Source of the DNA: Clarias gariepinus | Lineage: Eukaryota | Direction of reading: 5' to 3' | DNA length: 64,000 nucleotides | Assembly (NCBI RefSeq): GCF_024256425.1 | Contig: NC_071110.1 | Span: forward strand, 2,252,274-2,316,273 | Part shown: piece by piece, positions 36,601-47,958 of the stretch | How the letters are laid out: each line of letters starts with the position of its first letter | Position numbering within the stretch: the stretch's first letter is position 1 | The notes under the pieces: generated by a model | What the model saw: only the letters and a program-made list of their open reading frames with translations | Told to the model about the DNA's origin: nothing | Databases searched by the model: none | Translations under genes and position numbers: made by a program

Positions 36601-38024
36601 GTTAGTGTGTTAGTGATAATATAAAAAAAAAAAAAAACATCACACCAGAGGTGAGTGCCTATGATGTGTTCAGCTGCCAGAGTCAAGAATGAAAATAATT
36701 GAGTTTTAATATATGAAAAAAATATAAACTAATCCAAGCTTCTTTGTAGTATTTATGGTAAGAGATGAACATTATACAAGCAGTGGGAACAAGGACGCCG
36801 CATTATGAGACAGATACCAGATTGATACACCTAATGGATTGGTCTGAAAGGGGATATGAGCTTTTGTCTAAAATTAGTACCAAAAGAGGTCAACTTGCAC
36901 ATGTTGAGTACAGACAAGAGGGCAATAGTAGTCCAGAAACAATACTCATAATTGCAATTTTACAGGCAACATCATATTACAATTTGACCTTATGAAAATT
37001 GGGACAGTGAGACATCATGTAAGTAAATTTGAGGTAATACAATCAACCACTGGATTATGAGTGCTGTGCTGTTTGTGTGTGGTCAATGCTAATGCCTAAT
37101 GCACCATTATGCTGGTAGGCCAAGATGGATGGATAATTCTCTGAGACTTGGTCAAAATAATTGTGCATATAATCATACACACGTTGTTGTCACCACAAAC
37201 ACCACAGTTGTCACCTTACTCACAAAGTACACTTTACTGTACTCACCAAGTACTGAATTAAATCATCTTCAAAGAGACTTATTCAGCAAACAAAAATCCA
37301 GTGCAATGCAAAAGATGTCTATGTGACTTTCCCTGAATGAAAACTATTGGACAGTATCTGCAGACTGTTACAGTACAGAGGACACCAAGCACAGTATACT
37401 GGCTAGAATACTTAGGTAATTGAGTTCTAAGCGCTGGACTTGGGGAAGGAGTGGATTTGTCAAAGTTGTCCTGCCTTCAGGAAACCTAAGTTCGCCCATG
37501 TACTGCATTACCTATTATGATTGACCTTTTTTATGGAACCGACTTCCTGTCGAGGTCCGCAACAGTCCAAGTCTCACAGTTTTTAAATCTCGTCTAAAAG
37601 CCTGTTTGTTTAGACAGGCTTTTATGTAATGCAGTTTTCTGTCTGTTTTGTTTCTAAACCATTGTTCTTATATTTTGACTGTAAGGTGTCCTTGAGTGCC
37701 ATGAAAGGTGCCATTAAATAAAATGTATTATTATTATTAATATTATTATTATTATTATCATCAAAGTAGCCAGGAGGAAAAATTTGCACAACTATGGGCA
37801 GTAGTAATGAAACCATGACCACAGATATCTCCATGGAAAATATAACAATATCAGCACAAGGAGCAGCAAATAGCGCCACCTCACTGTTTATAGGAGAAGG
37901 AGCCGAGTCAAAGGACTTAGGATGACTATAGAAAAATATGAGGAGAAAGTTCAATAAGAAGAACTGAATCGAAAAGTAGAGGTGGAACTCCTAAGCAGGG
38001 TTTCAGACATATTATGGACAAAGC

Positions 38025-38228
38025 ATTACATTACATTAAATTTACAGTATTGGGGAGACATCCTTATCCAGAGCGACTTACATTTTATCTGATTATACAT
38101 CTGAGCAGTTGAGGGTTAAGGGACTTGCTCAAGGTCCCAACAGTGGCAACATGATGGTGGTGGTATGGTTTGACACTGGGATCTCTAATCAGTAGTCCAG
38201 CTGATGTAGGCCTAGTAAGATTAACAGG
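38025..38228 (-). mobile_element. tRNA-derived SINE (family B), minus orientation
   Basis: ...atccttatccagagcgacttaca...gagggttaagggacttgctcaaggtcccaacagtggcaac... is the reverse complement of a tRNA-like head. Confidence 0.6.
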
Positions 38229-38439
38229 GGTTAGCATTTATACAAGTTAGGCCAACTCCCCTATTAAAGACATTATCCCCTACCTCCTGCTAAGTTAAGA
38301 AGAAATAAAACCCATAAAAGAAGGATCAGTAGAACCAGGATCATTGATCCTTGTGAAAAGCCAGTGTACATCCTGATCTTTCCTGTCAGGTCACCCAATT
38401 CAAATGAGTGGAGACTTGTACATGATGTAAGAACAGAAG

Positions 38440-39500
38440 ACTAAGTGGTAGAGGTAGAGTTAACCATAGTACCAAATCCATACACCCTGCTGTCCAACAT
38501 TCCAGAAGACACTAAGTGGTATACAGTCATTGACCTTTGTTCAGCATTTTTCAGCATTCAGCATCATACATGCATACAGCATCACAACATCTGTTTGCCT
38601 TTGCTTGCACGGGGCAACAATATATCTATTTGAGACTTCCACAAGGATATTGTGAGTGCCCTTTGGTGTTTAATTGCATCCTGGTACAAGGTTTGGTGGC
38701 AGTAGACAAAAATAGTATGCTCTAATGAGCCTGACGAGAAGGCAGTGCCTAAAAGGACTAGCTGAGAGAGCTAAAAACAATCATAAGATAAAAAAAGTAG
38801 AATATTTAGGCAGAGTGCTGGAAAAACTACTTGACACATCTCCTCAAATCACATAGAGGTAGTGCTAAAAGCTCCACAACCATAAATGGTAAAGAAATCC
38901 TGTCCATTTTAGGTATGATATTATACAGTTTTAGACTAGATATGTGATTTTGCACTAAAAAGCTTTTAAGAGCCATGATAAAAGATGCATTGGAAAACAA
39001 AAAGCAATGCACTGCTGACATGGACCCCAGAAGCACTGGAAGCATTCGAGCTACTCAAACAGGATTTATGTATAGGTTTGATGTTAGTGAGTCCCCAGAA
39101 CAGTAAATCATTCTATCTGTATGTTTCTAAAAAAAAATAATAATAAACAATATAATACGCAATGGCAGTAATAATGCTGCAGCAGTGACCCAGCAAACAA
39201 CCAATTGCATATTATAGTACATCACTTGAAGGTATTATCAGAGCTATGCCACCATGCTACCAGGGAATAGGCACAGCAGTGTTTGACTACCAAAAAGCTA
39301 CAAGTAACTCAACTATGCTCAGCCCAATCGGCAAAAATAAAATTATTTACATTGGCATATAAACTAATAAAGGATAAGTCTTGTACAGTATATAATAACT
39401 ATAACTGTATAATAAGAAGTCTCCCATTTTTTTATTAGAGGATTGGTTTGACATCCCACAGATATCACAAAAGGTCAATCAGAACAAGAATGGCGTGAAT
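38440..39500 (+). pseudogene. Endogenous-retrovirus-like pol relic (RT to RNase H), frameshifted
   Basis: VPNPYTLLSNIPEDTKWYTVIDLCSAFFSI (retroviral RT box). QYIYLRLPQGYCECPLVFNCIL (the LPQG motif). ...TWTPEALEAFELLKQDLCIGLMLVSPQNSKSFYLYVS. ...AAVTQQTTNCILSTSLEGIIRAMPPCYQGIGTAVFDYQKATS (RNase H region). These lie across shifted frames. Confidence 0.55.
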
Positions 39501-39939
39501 CAATAATCTCTCCTAGAAATTTCAGGAGAGATTTCAAGGCTGGTAACACTGCAGCTGACCATAAGGTCCTCAAACTCAGAATCGGGGACCACAGCCGGTG
39601 TTTCAGGAAGAAAAAGGAAATTAGGAGAGAGACTGAGGAAGAGGGCTGAGAAATAGTACCAACTTCTGCAAAGAGTACAAAAGGACTACACAGTCAGGCA
39701 ACTTCTCAGTTGGATTTTGACCTAAATCAATCTCTCAAACTCATGTTTGGATAATTGTTGCAATAAATTCGGCTTTACTTCAAACAGATCAACTAATTTA
39801 AGACCCATTTCCATATGCTTTACATTAGTTTGTTTTCTATTATGATTAATGAATCAAGTGCAGTGGTATCTCACATATGAATTTATTCAGTTCTTAAGGA
39901 GTAATTTTGTATTGTGAAACGTATTTCCCCATATGACAT

Positions 39940-40204
39940 TATTTAAAAGGAGATCCATTCCAGCCACCCAAAAATATTACCAATGTTACCAATTTTCAAC
40001 CCCATAATAATAACATTTTTGCATATAAAAAATAGTAACATTTAGGAAAATATTAAATAAATAGACAGTAAACTTGACTTAACCTGAATTTATGATTCCT
40101 CTTGGCAACGGCTGCTTTAAAAACTGAAAGTTTTTTAAACTGAAAGTGGCTACTCTTTGTTCTTGCTATCGTTCTAAATAACATTCTTGGGATCCATGGT
40201 GCTA
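39940..40204. repeat. Dispersed repeat (left part), split by a Tc1 insertion
   Basis: Collinear with 25428-25640. Continuity resumes at 41826 (actaaatcttgcacaaaatgcaaaaaa...). Confidence 0.6.
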
Positions 40205-41823
40205 CAGTGGTGTGAAAAACTATTTGCCCCCTTCCTGATTTCTTATTCTTTTGCATGTTTGTCACACAAAATGTTTCTGCTCATCAAAAACTGTTAACTA
40301 TTAGTCAAAGATAACATAATTGAACACAAAATTCAGTTTTTAAATGAAGATTTACGTTATTAAGGGAGAAAAAAAACTCCAAATCTACATGGCCCTGTGT
40401 GAAAAAGTGATTGCCCCCTTGTTAAAAAATACCTTAACTGTGGTTTATTACACCTGAGTTCAATTTCTGTAGTCACCCCCAGGCCTGATTACTGCCACAC
40501 CTGTTTCAATCAAGAAATCACTTAAATAGGAGCTACCTGACACAGAGAAGTAGACCAAAAGCACCTCAAAAGCTAAACATCATGCCAAGATCCAAAGAAA
40601 TTCAGGAACAAATGAGAACAAAAGTAATTAAGATCTATCAGTCTGGTAAAGGTTATAAAGCCATTTCTAAAGCTTTGGGACTCCAGTGAACCACAGTGAG
40701 AGCCATTATCCACAAATGGCAAAAACATGCAACAGTGGTGAACCTTCCCAGGAGTGACCGGCCGACCAAAATTACCCCAAGAGCGCAGAGACAACTCATC
40801 CGAGAGGCCACAAAAGACCCCAGGACGACATGTAAAGAACTGCAGGCCTCACTTGCCTCAATTAAGGTCAGTGTTCACGACTCCACCATAAGAAAGAGAC
40901 TGGGCAAAAACGGCCTGCATGGCAGATTTCCAAGGCGCAAATCACTGTTAAGCAAAAAGAACATTAAGGCTCATCTCAATTTTGCTAAAAAACATCTCAA
41001 TGATTGCCAAGACTTTTGGGAAAATACCTTGTGGACCGACGAGACAAAAGTTGAACTTTTTGGAAGGTGCGTGTCCCGTTACATCTGGCGTAAAAGGAAC
41101 ACAGCATTTCAGAAAAAGAACATCATACCAACAGTAAAATATGATGGTGGTAGTGTGATGGTCTGGGGTTGTTTTGCTGCTTCAAGACCTGAAAGGCTTG
41201 CTGTGATAGATGGAACCATGAATTCTACTGTCTACCAAAAAATCCTGAAGGAGAATGTCCGGCCATCTGTTCGTCAACTCAAGCTGAAGCGATCTTGGGT
41301 GCTGCAGCAGGACAATGACCCAAAACACACCAGCAAATCCACCTCTGAATGGCTGAAGAAAAACAAAATGAAGACTTTGGAGTGGCCTAGTCAAAGTCCT
41401 GACCTGAATCCTATTGAGATGTTGTGGCATGACCCTAAAAAGGTGGTTCATGCTAGAAAACCTTTAAATGAAGCTGAATTACAACAATTCTGCAAAGCTG
41501 AGTGGGCCAAAATTCCTCCAGAGTGCTGTAAAAGACTCGTTGCAAGTTATTGCAAACGCTTGATTGCAGTTATTGCTGCTAAGGGTTGCTGCAACCAGTT
41601 ATTAGGTTCAGAGGCAATTACTTTTTCACACAGGGCCATGTAGGTTTGGAGTTTTTTTTCTCCCTAAATAATAAAAACCATCATTTAAAAACTGCATTTT
41701 GTGTTTACTTGTGTTATCTTTGACTAATAGTTAAATGTGTTTGATGATCAGAAACATTTTGTGTGACAAACATGCACAAGAATAAGAAATCAGGAAGGGG
41801 GCAAATAGTTTTTCACACCACTG
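40205..41823 (+). mobile_element. Tc1-like DNA transposon (~1.6 kb) with terminal inverted repeats and TA flanks
   Basis: Left end CAGTGGTGTGAAAAACTATTTGCCCCCTTCCTGATTTCTTATTCTT and right end ...AAGAATAAGAAATCAGGAAGGGGGCAAATAGTTTTTCACACCACTG form perfect inverted repeats. TA lies at 40203-40204 and 41824-41825. Confidence 0.8.
40582..41643 (+). pseudogene. Tc1 transposase gene with one premature stop (TGA at 40687-40689)
   Basis: MPRSKEIQEQMRTKVIKIYQSGKGYKAISKALGLQ* is followed in the same frame by TTVRAIIHKWQKH...DDE-type Tc1 transposase (315 aa, ORF 40696-41643). The stop is at a CGA to TGA position. Confidence 0.7.
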
Positions 41824-42452
41824 TATGGCACTAAATCTTGCACAAAATGCAAAAAAAAAAAAAAAACCCACTAAAAATGTAAACTTGCTTCGCTTGGCTT
41901 TCCACTGATGCAAACAAGTTGTATGTGCAACTTTGCTGGAGTTCAGTTTAGTTTGTTTTTATCCGCTTGTATGCCCAAAATGCTTTGTATGCTAGGGCAA
42001 ATTTCTTGCAAAATTAGCAAAAAAGCAGAAATTCTTAAGGCTGTTCATTTTCTTAAGGCTGTTCATTTTCTTAAGACTGTTCATTTTCGTAAGGCTGTTC
42101 ATTTTCAGAGGTAATACTGTATTAGTTAATTATTTCCCACAACGTGTTCTAGAAAACATTTGCCAGAATTAGTGTATCAAGCACAGACTTGATCCTATGC
42201 ACCTGGCTAATGCGACATAGAGCAGGTGATTATTCCCCTCAAGCCGCATCTAATTCCTCTGCTCCTCGGGCCTATATGGTTCTTTGCTCTCCACAAACAA
42301 GGGGGTGCTGAAGTGACGCCATCCATTCAGCACTGCGGCAGATGATAAGTCAGGTTTTTTATTTATTATGTAGGCTGCTGTCCTGCCATCACAATGTTTC
42401 ATGTTTAAAGAACTGAAAATAATAAATCTCTGTCTCTGTGTCATTTTCTATA

Positions 42453-42553
42453 GGACGGTCCACCTGACCGCCCACTCCAACAGGATAACAGGATTTGATG
42501 TCAGCTCAGACAGGAAGCACTTGTCTACTGTGTCCTTAGACTTCACTCTGAAG
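42453..42553 (+). CDS. tep1: TEP1 exon 35 (WD), apparent +1 frameshift near 42540
   Basis: Only one frame is open: RTVHLTAHSNRITGFDVSSDRKHLSTVSLD. After an extra C at about 42540-42541, the expected WD motif FTLK appears one frame over and links to VW... at the start of the next exon. Confidence 0.6.
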
Positions 42554-42592
42554 GTTAGAATTGCTCAGATTTAAAGTTTCTTGTATAGCGTA

Positions 42593-42594
<2 letters not shown>

Positions 42595-42626
<32 letters not shown>
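42595..42626. repeat. (TA)n microsatellite
   Basis: Perfect atatat run in a TEP1 intron. Confidence 0.9.
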
Positions 42627-42632
<6 letters not shown>

Positions 42633-42638
42633 GTGTAG

Positions 42639-42794
42639 GTGTGGTCCTCACGTACGGGGAAGCAGGAGGCATCTCTGGAGAACCCCTGCCCTCTAAACTG
42701 TGTGAACTTTGACCCTGAGGGGAGTCTGGTGGCGGTGGGTTGCTGGGACGGAGCAGTGCGAGTGTGGGACTGGATCAAACAGGAGAACTGCATG
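42639..42794 (+). CDS. tep1: TEP1 exon 36 (WD)
   Basis: Encodes VWSSRTGKQEASLENPCPLNCVNFDPEGSLVAVGCWDGAVRVWDW..., matching human LWDTVRGQLAFQHTYPKSLNCVAFHPEGQVIATGSWAGSISFF. Confidence 0.8.
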
Positions 42795-43242
42795 GTAAGA
42801 AGGAAACAGGAAGTGAAGTAATGATTTTGGATATTGGAGTCCTGTTTATCAACGACATGTTACTCTCTCTCACTCTACTCTATCTTTCTATCTATCTTCT
42901 CACTTATATTCTATCCCTTTATTCTGCATAAAAGTTCCTTCTGTTTGTTTTTATCTCTTTTTTTAATCTCCTTTTTCCCCTAATATCACTTTTTTCTTAT
43001 GTCATATCACCCGTTTCTCTTCTTTTCCTTCTTTTAATCTTTTTGTACCCTTTAATTCTGTTTATCACTTTCATTCATTCTCTTTATATCTTTCTATCTC
43101 ATAATCGGTTTCACTTTCTCGCTCTTTTGTCTGCATATTTTCTTTTCCATTTGCCGTTGTTCTTGATCTGTACTGTTTTCTTCTCTTTTTTACCACCTCT
43201 ATATCCTGTTCTCACCTTTTCAATTTTTTCCCTCCCCTACAG

Positions 43243-43461
43243 ACTCTGTCAGGCCACGAGTGCTCAGTACGCAGTGTGTCATTCTCTCCGTCCTCCTCTC
43301 TCTCTCTCCTCTGTTCGGGGGCATTGGATGGAGAGATGAGGTTGTGGTCGGTTCCCGGCGCATCCTGTGTGTGGCGCCTTCATGCTCACCACAGCTCCAC
43401 AGAGGCGCTTCACTTCCTCTGTGATGGAGATTCACTGCTCAGCGCTGGACATGATGGCATG
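43243..43461 (+). CDS. tep1: TEP1 exon 37 (WD), putative GC donor
   Basis: Encodes TLSGHECSVRSVSFSP...LHAHHSSTEALHFLCDGDSLLSAGHDGM. No GT donor keeps the frame. ATG|GCAAGG at 43462 fits the GC-AG consensus and the next exon begins VQLWSG. Confidence 0.55.
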
Positions 43462-43581
43462 GCAAGGACACACACATGCACACACACATGTAGAAAGGTT
43501 TTATACATTTTTTAATAAAATATATATTTTATAATCATATATATTTTATCAATTATATATGTTTGTGTGTATGTGTGTTAG

Positions 43582-43638
43582 GTCCAGCTGTGGTCTGGAG
43601 GTCTTGGGCGCTCAGTTTCCATGTTGGGGGAAGAAAAG
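43582..43638 (+). CDS. tep1: TEP1 exon 38
   Basis: Encodes VQLWSGGLGRSVSMLGEEK, matching human VQVWSGSLGRPRGHLGSLS. Confidence 0.7.
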
Positions 43639-43804
43639 GTATTTCAGGTGTTAATGAGTGAAAATACTCAGTGTCCAGGAGCAAGATGAGCTCAGAGTCT
43701 CCTGTCTGTCTCCCTGTCTGTCTCTCTTTCTGTCTCCCTGTCTGTCTCTCTGTCTGTCTCCCTGTCTGTCTGTTTTTGTCATTTATATGCTTGTTAGTTT
43801 GTTG

Positions 43805-44045
43805 ATGGGCTGTATGGTGGTGTAGTCGGCATTGTCGCCTGGGTCCGTGTTCAATGCCTGGCTAATTCTGCCTCTGTGTGCATGGAGTTTGCAATTGAAA
43901 TTGCCTGTAGTGTGTAAGTGTGTGTATGTGTGCGCCCTGCGATGAATTGGCACCCCTGTCCAGTGTGTACCACGTCTTGTGCCCTATGTTTCCTGGGATA
44001 GGCTCCAGGCCTCCCGCGACCCTGAATACAGGATTAAGCATTATA
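43805..44045 (+). mobile_element. tRNA-derived SINE (family A), second copy
   Basis: tggtggtgtagtcggcattgtcgcctgg... and ...gcgccctgcgatgaattggcacccctgtccagtgtgtacc...ctgggataggctccaggc. Confidence 0.7.
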
Positions 44046-44145
44046 GACAGTGAGTGATTGAGAGTGAGTGAGTCTGTTGATGTTTTTTAGGAGGTGGTCA
44101 TAATGATAATGATCATAAGGATGATAAAGAACGTCTCCATTACAG

Positions 44146-44278
44146 AAGCTGTTGAAATCCTCAGAGGCCAGACAGGAGGTCGTGTCTGAAGCTGCTGCTC
44201 TCTGTGTGGCTGTGAACGGTCACTATGTCGCTGTGGGTTATCATGGAAATGGGCTTAAAATCTACAACAGAGACTCGG
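44146..44278 (+). CDS. tep1: TEP1 exon 39 (WD)
   Basis: Encodes ...AAALCVAVNGHYVAVGYHGNGLKIYNRDSG, matching human ...VALSPDGDRVAVGYRADGIRIYKISSG. Confidence 0.75.
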
Positions 44279-44467
44279 GTACAATTAAACGTCATCCGTA
44301 AACCATCCTAGTGTTTTATATAAGTGAATTATTTACACTTGAAACATTTTTGTCTGTCAAGCTGTAACCTATTCATATAAAGCTACAAGGCTTCGGTTTA
44401 TTTTATAGATGAGTTTTAATTGATTGTAGTAGATTTGATGTATTTATTTAGGACGTGTGTGTTGTAG

Positions 44468-44698
44468 GGAGCTGTGTGTGGTCCACTGAGGACCTGCGTG
44501 TGTCTATGCTGTGTGTGCTCTGGCTGAAGACTGCAGCAGATGATCTCTTGCTTTCTGGAGGGTTAGATCAGCGCCTGCGTCTGTGGAGGAAGCGGAGCGG
44601 ACACAAGGACACAATAACTCTTGCAGCAGTCTTTGGTGTCCAGAAGGGTGCTGTTCTCGCTCTGAACCAGAACATTACTTATGTAGCCTCCGCGTCGG
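44468..44698 (+). CDS. tep1: TEP1 exon 40 (WD)
   Basis: Encodes ...LRVSMLCVLWLKTAADDLLLSGGLDQRLRLW...VASAS, matching human LDVAVSALAWLSPKVLVSGAEDGSLQGW...ASAS. Confidence 0.75.
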
Positions 44699-44878
44699 GT
44701 CAGTACGACAAACTGTCTCAAAGCTGTTATAGCTGCTATGACTAATGTGTCACAATATTAAATGTAACTGTAAATTGTAATTTTTTACACTTTGTGTTGT
44801 TGTTTTTACTTCAAGGTAATTTTATTACATCACTCTTGTTAAAGCTCACTGGTTTTAATCCTGTGTTTGACCACTCAG

Positions 44879-45036
44879 ATGACTTTACCATCGCATTGTG
44901 GTTGAAGAGGGATTTGACTTCTGACCCCTGGGCTGAACCAAGAGCAGTATGTGTCCTGAGGGGTCACAGTGGAGGGGTCACATGTTTGGCCTTCAGTCCA
45001 AAAGGAGATCAGCTGCTTTCAGGAGGAAAAGACACG
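44879..45036 (+). CDS. tep1: TEP1 exon 41 (WD)
   Basis: Encodes DDFTIALWLKRDLTSDPWAEPRAVCVLRGHSGGVTCLAFSPKGDQLLSGGKD, matching human EDFTVQLWPRQLLTRPHKAEDFPCGTELRGHEGPVSCCSFSTDGGSLATGGRD. Confidence 0.85.
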
Positions 45037-45699
45037 GTACACAACACACCAACCAGAACACACTGATTTTCTGTAAGAACACACACAAATTGTATTCATA
45101 AGGTGATTATCATGTAATGGGTGCGACCCTTTTTGCATGGGTGGCACCATAAAGCACAGACACGAGGTGAGGTCTTATGGGAAAAAGGGTAATTTAGGGA
45201 AAATAGGAAAGGAAAGGGTTAAAGGAGGGACGATAGAAAGATAGGGAATGAATGATGTGCACATGCACGTCTGTGGGCGGTGCTCCGCTGGCATGCAGGC
45301 ACAGGCTGGTGAGCGGTGGCATCGGACAGAATGGCAGCATGGGCCCACATGAACAGCATTTCCTGCACAGTTCGCTTGTGCTGGCTCTGCTTTTATGGGA
45401 TGAGCCATCTACCTAGTAAGCTTTGGAGTGAGCAAGGAGCGATATTAGATTTGGGCGCATGCCCATCACAGGCGCACGCAGTGACAATTAGTAGGCTTTG
45501 TTGAAAATGTGTTTCCACCCAGGAGTTGATTAGTTTCCTATAACAGCACATGTCCAAGTGTTTTCCCACTTTTGCCAACAATTGTTATGTTTATTAAAGA
45601 ATGTCATTATATATATATTTTTTTCGCTATATAAAGCTCTCTTTGCAAGACATGGTTCTTAGTGGGATGTCTCTAATAGCAAGCACGACATTCTGACCT

Positions 45700-47350
45700 A
45701 TGCGGTACTTTAGAACTTTAAAGCAGAGGTGACCAGCGTGAGAGAGCATCTGGCTTGGTGTTTTTTAACCCTGGCTGATAGAAGAGGATGAAACTAAATC
45801 TTGAGAAAAATAATGACCATCTGGCTTGACAAGCATTTAGCCTTTTGCCAGTTGGTAAACACTTAAGGTTCCTGTGGCTGGTCCAAACCAGGAACGGGAT
45901 CTCAGCCCCTTCCAGCCAGTCCCTCCAGTCCTCCAAGGCCAACTTAATAGCTAGAAGTTCTGGGTCACCAATATTGTAATTTATTTCTGCTAGGGATAGG
46001 TTATGTGTAAAACACAAACAGGTATGCAGTTTGTTGTCCTGGGATGGGATGGGGATCGTGAGGATAGGAGCGGATGTGAACCTTCTCTTGAGATATGTGA
46101 ATGCCTTTTCTTTTTGTCTTTTCCAATGAAAGTGGGTTTTGATGGAGGTCAGAAATATTCCTGAGAGGTACTTCTTAATGAAGACAGTGATGAAAGATTG
46201 CAAAGACCAGGAAGTTCTGGAGATCTCATTTTAAGGCTGGGGTCAGCCATTTAGTGATGATTACGACTGGATGAGGAATGTCGTGGATGTCTTGTGAAAG
46301 TTGCACATCCAAGCCTTGGCATGCAAATTACTTTCAAGAAGTCTTCGGAGAACCTAACAAACATTAAGACAATACTCCTCCAGGCTGTGAGAAGAGATAA
46401 GGATGTGGTCCAGATGGACCCCGGAGGAGCTGAAAAAGCTGTTGCCACGAGTGAAAAGTAGCTAGAGGTTCTTCAGTCATTTTATTCAGCCCTAAATAAT
46501 TAATACAGAGAGAAAGGGATCCATCTGGTTGGCAGAAACCCTTAAAGCTAGTGAGGAGGTTTGATGTGTAATAGATTGTAGTGAACTCCCATCGAGGGCT
46601 TGGGCTATCCTTCAGCATGTGATTGTTTTTTCCTGCAGTAAAAACATTCTTGTTGAATTCAACAGCATTACTTTTCCTCTGAAGAAATGCATGTTCTGTC
46701 CAGCTGCATGGGCTCTTCTTGATTGTTCTGATGTTGAGGAGGAGGCAAGTGTGTTCTCTTGGGGGATGTCTTTATTGCCTGCCATTTTAAATGTAGGCAC
46801 ATATCAACCGGACCAATTAAGTCTATGAGTCTGTAAAGGGTCTTTAAAAGGTCCATGAGTTCGTGAAGGGTCTTTAAAGGTCCATGTGTCTGTAAAGGTA
46901 CTTAAAACTGGTCTTGTAATGTCAGACAAGGGCGGTCATTCCAACCACTTAAATCTGCTAGGATCTGAAACTTGATAACGTAATCGTAGGTTGAACGAGA
47001 TCCTTGGGTCTCGTCTTAGCACCTTGGTCTACACCTCCCTATCAAAATAGGATTAGATGGAAACCCTCTTCCTTGAAGAATAGAGAATTCCTTGAAGCTG
47101 GTGCAGCAAGAGTCATGAGCATCCCAAGGTGAGGTGCTCCACTTCGTGGCCCTTCCCGTTAGGTGAAGTGAAGACAGGGAATACTAGGAGAGAAGGAGCA
47201 ACATGTGCCCAGCTCCCCCATGCATTGGTTTTGCCAGTAGGACTCCTGTTGGAGGTGTTTGCACCAGGTGCAAGTGCTTCTTGAAGTTGTTGCAATTGGG
47301 CTGTGATGTCAGCAAATGCCTGCTGTGTCATGTGGAGCTTTTGCTGATGT
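45700..47350 (-). pseudogene. Ty3/gypsy-type LTR-retrotransposon pol relic (antisense to TEP1)
   Basis: Minus-strand ORFs encode ...EINYNIGDPELLAIKLALEDWRDWLEGAEIPFLVWTSHRNLKCL...KRLNACQARWSLFFSRFSFILFYQPGLKNTKPDALSRW, the RNase H / integrase junction of gypsy elements. They also encode ...PDGSLSLCINYLGLNKMT (RT). Confidence 0.55.
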
Positions 47351-47627
47351 GCTCCAAGGAATAGCGCCTTGGTTTTTCAAGGCCGATCATCTGGTCAAAC
47401 TCTGTCAGGGAGAGAGAGGTAATATAGGAGGCATGGGAGATCAGATCAAAAAAAGCATGACAATGTGGGAACATTTAAAGAGTGCTTCAAGGAGGTGACT
47501 TGGCCAAAAATGGGGTCATGTGAGGCTGGAGTGGTGCACTGGTAGAATGAATAGAATGTTTTAAGTGCTAGCATTCTTTTATGTTGCACATTTTATTATA
47601 TATTTAACAGTGCTGTGTTTGTGTCAG

Positions 47628-47735
47628 GCTCTGAATGTGTGGAATATAAACTCCTCGCCTCCGTCTCTCTCCTGCGCTTTACCGCACTGTCATGGAGACT
47701 GGATCACCGGATGCGCTTGGACTCCTTCTGCCGTG
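47628..47735 (+). CDS. tep1: TEP1 exon 42 (WD)
   Basis: Encodes ALNVWNINSSPPSLSCALPHCHGDWITGCAWTPSAV, matching human SLLCWDVRTPKTPVLIHSFPACHRDWVTGCAWTKDNL. GTGAG donor. Confidence 0.85.
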
Positions 47736-47958
47736 GTGAGTGTGTGAGGAGTTACAGATATTTCTTGTGAAATTCAACAATTGTACAACACAAATGTACT
47801 GTACATTGAGCTCCAGACGTATTGGCACCTTTTACAAAATTACTCTATGTAAATCATAACATACAGAGTGCACTTTATTATTGATTATAATGCATTTAAC
47901 CCATGGATAAGCAGCTACTAAACAGTGTATTTATAAAGTGGTGTGTGGTTAAGCTTTA

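Noticed and set aside
40696-41643. 315-aa ORF as a standalone host gene
   Set aside because: It is the C-terminal three-quarters of a Tc1 transposase lying between Tc1 inverted repeats. The N-terminal part upstream is cut off by a TGA, so it is a transposon pseudogene.
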